Translations under genes and position numbers: made by a program
Assembly (NCBI RefSeq): GCF_006345805.1
Contig: NC_043011.1
Span: forward strand, 50,666,464 to 50,730,463
Length of the DNA: 64,000 bases
Source of the DNA: Octopus sinensis
Taxonomy: Eukaryota
Reading direction: 5' to 3'
The notes under the pieces: model-generated
Seen by the model: only the letters and a program-made list of their open reading frames with translations
What the model was told of the DNA's origin: nothing
Databases searched by the model: none
Shown: positions 60,382-64,000 of the stretch, in pieces
How positions within the stretch are numbered: position 1 is the first letter of the stretch
Layout: each line of letters opens with the position of its first letter

Positions 60382-60508
60382 ATCTGTTCTCGACATAAAA
60401 GTTTACTTAGTTGATCAGGGATTATTGTACGATATGTGTGTATAGCTATGGAATATAAACATACATATCTATGCAGTATTGAATGCGCACGCACTTTATA
60501 TATATATA

Positions 60509-60566
<58 letters not shown>

Positions 60567-62039
60567 AATACTAAGTAATTAAGGGTTTAGCAACGATTTG
60601 CCTCACCACACACCGAGTTTAGAAATAGCAGTCAAAGAGTTATGGCTATTCTTTCTACTTAATGTATATATATATATATATATAGGCGTGCATAAAGTAT
60701 GTTGCAATACAACTAACCGACTCTAGATTTGTGTGTTTTTGTCTTCACTTTGGCTGCTTATGTGTTGAAACACTTTAGGATATTTGGTAATTAATGTTGT
60801 ACATGCTGTGTATGTGTTGTTAATGATGATTATTATCATTTATTGTGAAATAGTTTATAAGAATGATTGATACGTGTATATGTGATGATATCCTTTTGAG
60901 ATAATGTGGAATTAAATATGTTGTATATGTGTGCGCGGTGTGTTATCTTTTTTGGATATATAGTATTGAAATATGTTTGTGTTTGGTGTGAAGCATCCAC
61001 CATTCTGAACTAATTATAACATTAATTGATGTGTTGTATGTAAATGTGTGTGTGTGTAAAATGGGCAATTAATATTTTATCGGTATTCTAAAGTCTTAGA
61101 CGTGTTTGATTGATTGATTGATTGATTTGATAGTCATTTTAATATATCTTTAACATAAACCTATGTATATTTTTAATAGATTCTCTGGTGTGAAATATGA
61201 TAATGACTTCAGAATCAATGTATCCATAGTAGCATGGGAATAAGAAAGCTTGTTTTGACCCGTCTCAGCTCCTGTACATGGCGACAAATTTTGTGTCTCT
61301 CTTACACACACACACACACACACGCACACCCTGGTGCCATTTGATAAAAATTAGGATTTCAGTCTTCCTCCTCGACTCACATTTTTTCTTCTAGGGTGTG
61401 TGTGTGGTGTGTATTTGTGTCTGTTTTTGCTAGTTGATGTGGACATTTCTAGTTTGTGGATTGGTCGCAATAAGTCAGACATACAGGGTAGTAACTAACA
61501 TCTTAGCACCGCTGTGTTCTAACTTTTAAATTGAACATATATGTTCTTGTTCAGCTGCATTTATTTCTAATAATATATGTCCTACAAGTGAGTGTGTGTT
61601 GTGTGCTTAAATTTGAGCGACAGAGGCCATCGTAGGAAGGGTGGTGGTGGTGGTGGTGTATGAGTGGGCGTCTCTTCCCTCCACTCAATTTACTAGAAAT
61701 AACAACCAAATCTCTCTAAAATTGCATCCGACTCTCTTATGGCAAAGAAAACCTTGAATAACGTAGTTTTTTTCATATGCTGTGTCTAAAATATAGACAC
61801 GATGGAATGGTCAGGGCGGGAATATCTTAGAGTAGAGGTTTGAGCGATTAGTTCTGATTTGGTGCTTGAAAGAAAGACTGCGACTTTTAAGTAATCTGAT
61901 CTGTGTCGACCTTTTTAAAAAACGAGGGTTTTGTTTTGGGGGCTGGAGGGTTGTGTTCTATTTTTCTATTTTAATTCTAGTTTAAATTTGCCTGAACATA
62001 GCGGTATAATAATAATAATAATAATCCCCTTAATGTGCA

Positions 62040-62378
62040 TTTCTGACCACGAGCAGGAGTAGTGTGGGAGCATCATAGCCATGTGTTGATAGGAATTCTT
62101 TGGGTGTTTCGTTCATCATCCCTAAACAACCCTTATTCAAAGACCTTTTGTGCGGGATGGGCTACTCGACCTAAAGGAAGTTCTAACTGGGTCCCCCACC
62201 TGCAAGGTCATGCGCTGTTTATCTTGATATGTGGTCACCATGCTGCGCACATCTGGTTGTGATGCATGTGCCTGGTGTACCTTTTTTTTATCAGACTGGT
62301 AGTTATGATGGATATATACTGGGTTTCGTATATTTGTAGCCCAGCGTTGCGTTGATGGCATGCACTGCTCTCTCAATA
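62040..62378 (+). mobile_element. Family F element
   Basis: Reverse-complement homologue of 8636-8990; ends GCACTGCTCTCTCAATAATAA. Confidence 0.7.
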
Positions 62379-63468
62379 ATAAATTTATTCTCTCGTAGAA
62401 ATGTTTAAGTTTAAGACCAGGGTCCACATGGCAACCGGAAGTCACCTCTTGAACCTCGAATTGAACCTATTTTGAAAAAAATGAGTGGGTGGAGGATAAG
62501 AATTGTACACAACTTCATCCCTCTCTCCACCAACCCCGTATAGAAATGCATGTATGGGATAATTGCTGATATTTGTTCTGTTCGTGGGGAGGGCCTGTTT
62601 GCTTCAGCCTTTAACTAATTAATTTACCTAGTTAAATTATCTGTATGAAATAGAATATATAATGTAAAACAGTTGGTATATATAGTATTTATCCAGCTTT
62701 AAATCAAATTAGGTGTCTTGTGATATGTTGTTCCAGCATGACCGCAGCCACATGGCTGAAAACTAATAAAGGAACACACACCATCACCACCAGCAACAAC
62801 AACTGTTTGAATGATGTGATGAAAAATAGCTAAATGGTTTGAGAAGGATCTTGGATCTGTTTAACATTTACTCTTGGGTAAATTATCGTTGATTATTATT
62901 ATTATTAACTCTCTTGAAAAACTATTCTTATGAAATAGTTATGTAAATAAGGCGTCCATTGTTTTTTAATGAGTGTTGTTTTTTAACCCCAGCTCAGATT
63001 TGATCAAGCAAACTGATGATTAAAGGCGTTCCAGCTGTGACCAACTCGTGTTTTTGTTTTCAGGCATAATTTAATCCTTTTTTTTTTTTTTTAGTCGGGC
63101 GTATTTTATCTAGTTTGTAATAAGAGGGAGATTTCGCTGCTATTTTTAGCAAGCCGAGTGACCATGTGGAGCTTTCCACGTTGGCTCGTGTGTATTATTT
63201 GTGTAAAGGTTGTTAAATATATTTATATATGCAACGTAAGTGTTAAAACCATCGCTGCTGTATTAAACTCTTCAGCCTGTACCTTTCATTTTCGGTGTCT
63301 TCATCTGATATAAATCTCTACGTGTCATATAATTGACATGTTATTGCAAGGAATCCAAAACCTTCGGTATTTGGTGACATCATGACATGGTAATAAATTC
63401 TCTTTTCTATGCTCGATAAATATGTACCATGCATATTAAAGTTCTGATTCTTGGCTCTTAACATTTAT

Positions 63469-63817
63469 CTCTTTTACTTGTTTCAGTCATTTGACTGCGG
63501 CCATGCTGGAGCACCGCCTTTAGTCGAGCAAATCGACCCCGGGACTTATTCTTTGTAAGCCCAGTACTTATTCTATCGGTCTCTTTTGCCGAACCGCTAA
63601 GTGACGGGGACGTAAACACACCAGCATAGGGGGACAAACACATACACATATATACGACAGGCTTCTTTCAGTTTCCGTCTACCAAATCCACTCACAAGGC
63701 ATTGGTCGGCCCAGGGCTATAGCAGAAGACACTTGCCCAAGATGCCACGCAGTGGGACAGAACCCGGAACCATGTGGTTGGTTAGCAAGCTACTTACCAC
63801 ACAGCCACTCCTGCGCC
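63469..63817 (-). mobile_element. SINE family A, full length with a small internal deletion
   Basis: Reverse complement of 27240-27657. Confidence 0.85.
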
Positions 63818-64000
63818 TTTATTTAAATACAACAATGTATTATTAATAAAGTTTTAAAAAAATGTTGCTGTTTAACCCTTAGTCTGACCTGATTCGGCGA
63901 TAGTTTTATGATCAAAGTTGCTCTGTTCTCGACTACCCGACCCATCATACCTTCAGATATAGCATATAAGCCCCTCTACATGGTTGCTTGATTTGTTGGG

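Overview
AT-rich eukaryotic genomic DNA, dense in microsatellites and transposons. The repeat landscape (tRNA-derived SINEs, CR1 and RTE LINE ends, long (TA)n runs) strongly suggests an octopus or other coleoid cephalopod; this is inferred, not proven. Two protein-coding genes sit head-to-head with ATGs about 1.1 kb apart. FAAP24 is on the minus strand with a single coding exon (3253-3927). The mitochondrial serine protease HTRA2/Omi is on the plus strand with 7 phase-consistent GT-AG exons (5012-30604, 1281 nt, 426 aa); its His/Asp/Ser triad and PDZ domain are intact and the catalytic Ser lies on a 33-nt micro-exon. The introns and the remaining ~33 kb hold SINEs, CR1/RTE fragments, piggyBac-like (TTAA) and hAT (8-bp TSD) MITEs, a young non-autonomous Helitron, a Chapaev3-like transposase relic, foldback palindromes and minisatellites. 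Most interesting observations: (1) Penelope-type hammerhead ribozyme motifs in non-coding elements associated with (TA)n tracts, best at 22335-22452 and also inside a perfect 51-bp-arm palindrome at 58.5 kb; (2) a ~99% identical 463-bp intron-to-intron copy inside HTRA2; (3) near-identical inverted repeats flanking the catalytic micro-exon; (4) an orphan promoter and first-exon candidate at 49.3-49.5 kb. No rRNA, genuine tRNA gene or CRISPR array was seen. All identities and alignments were judged by eye.
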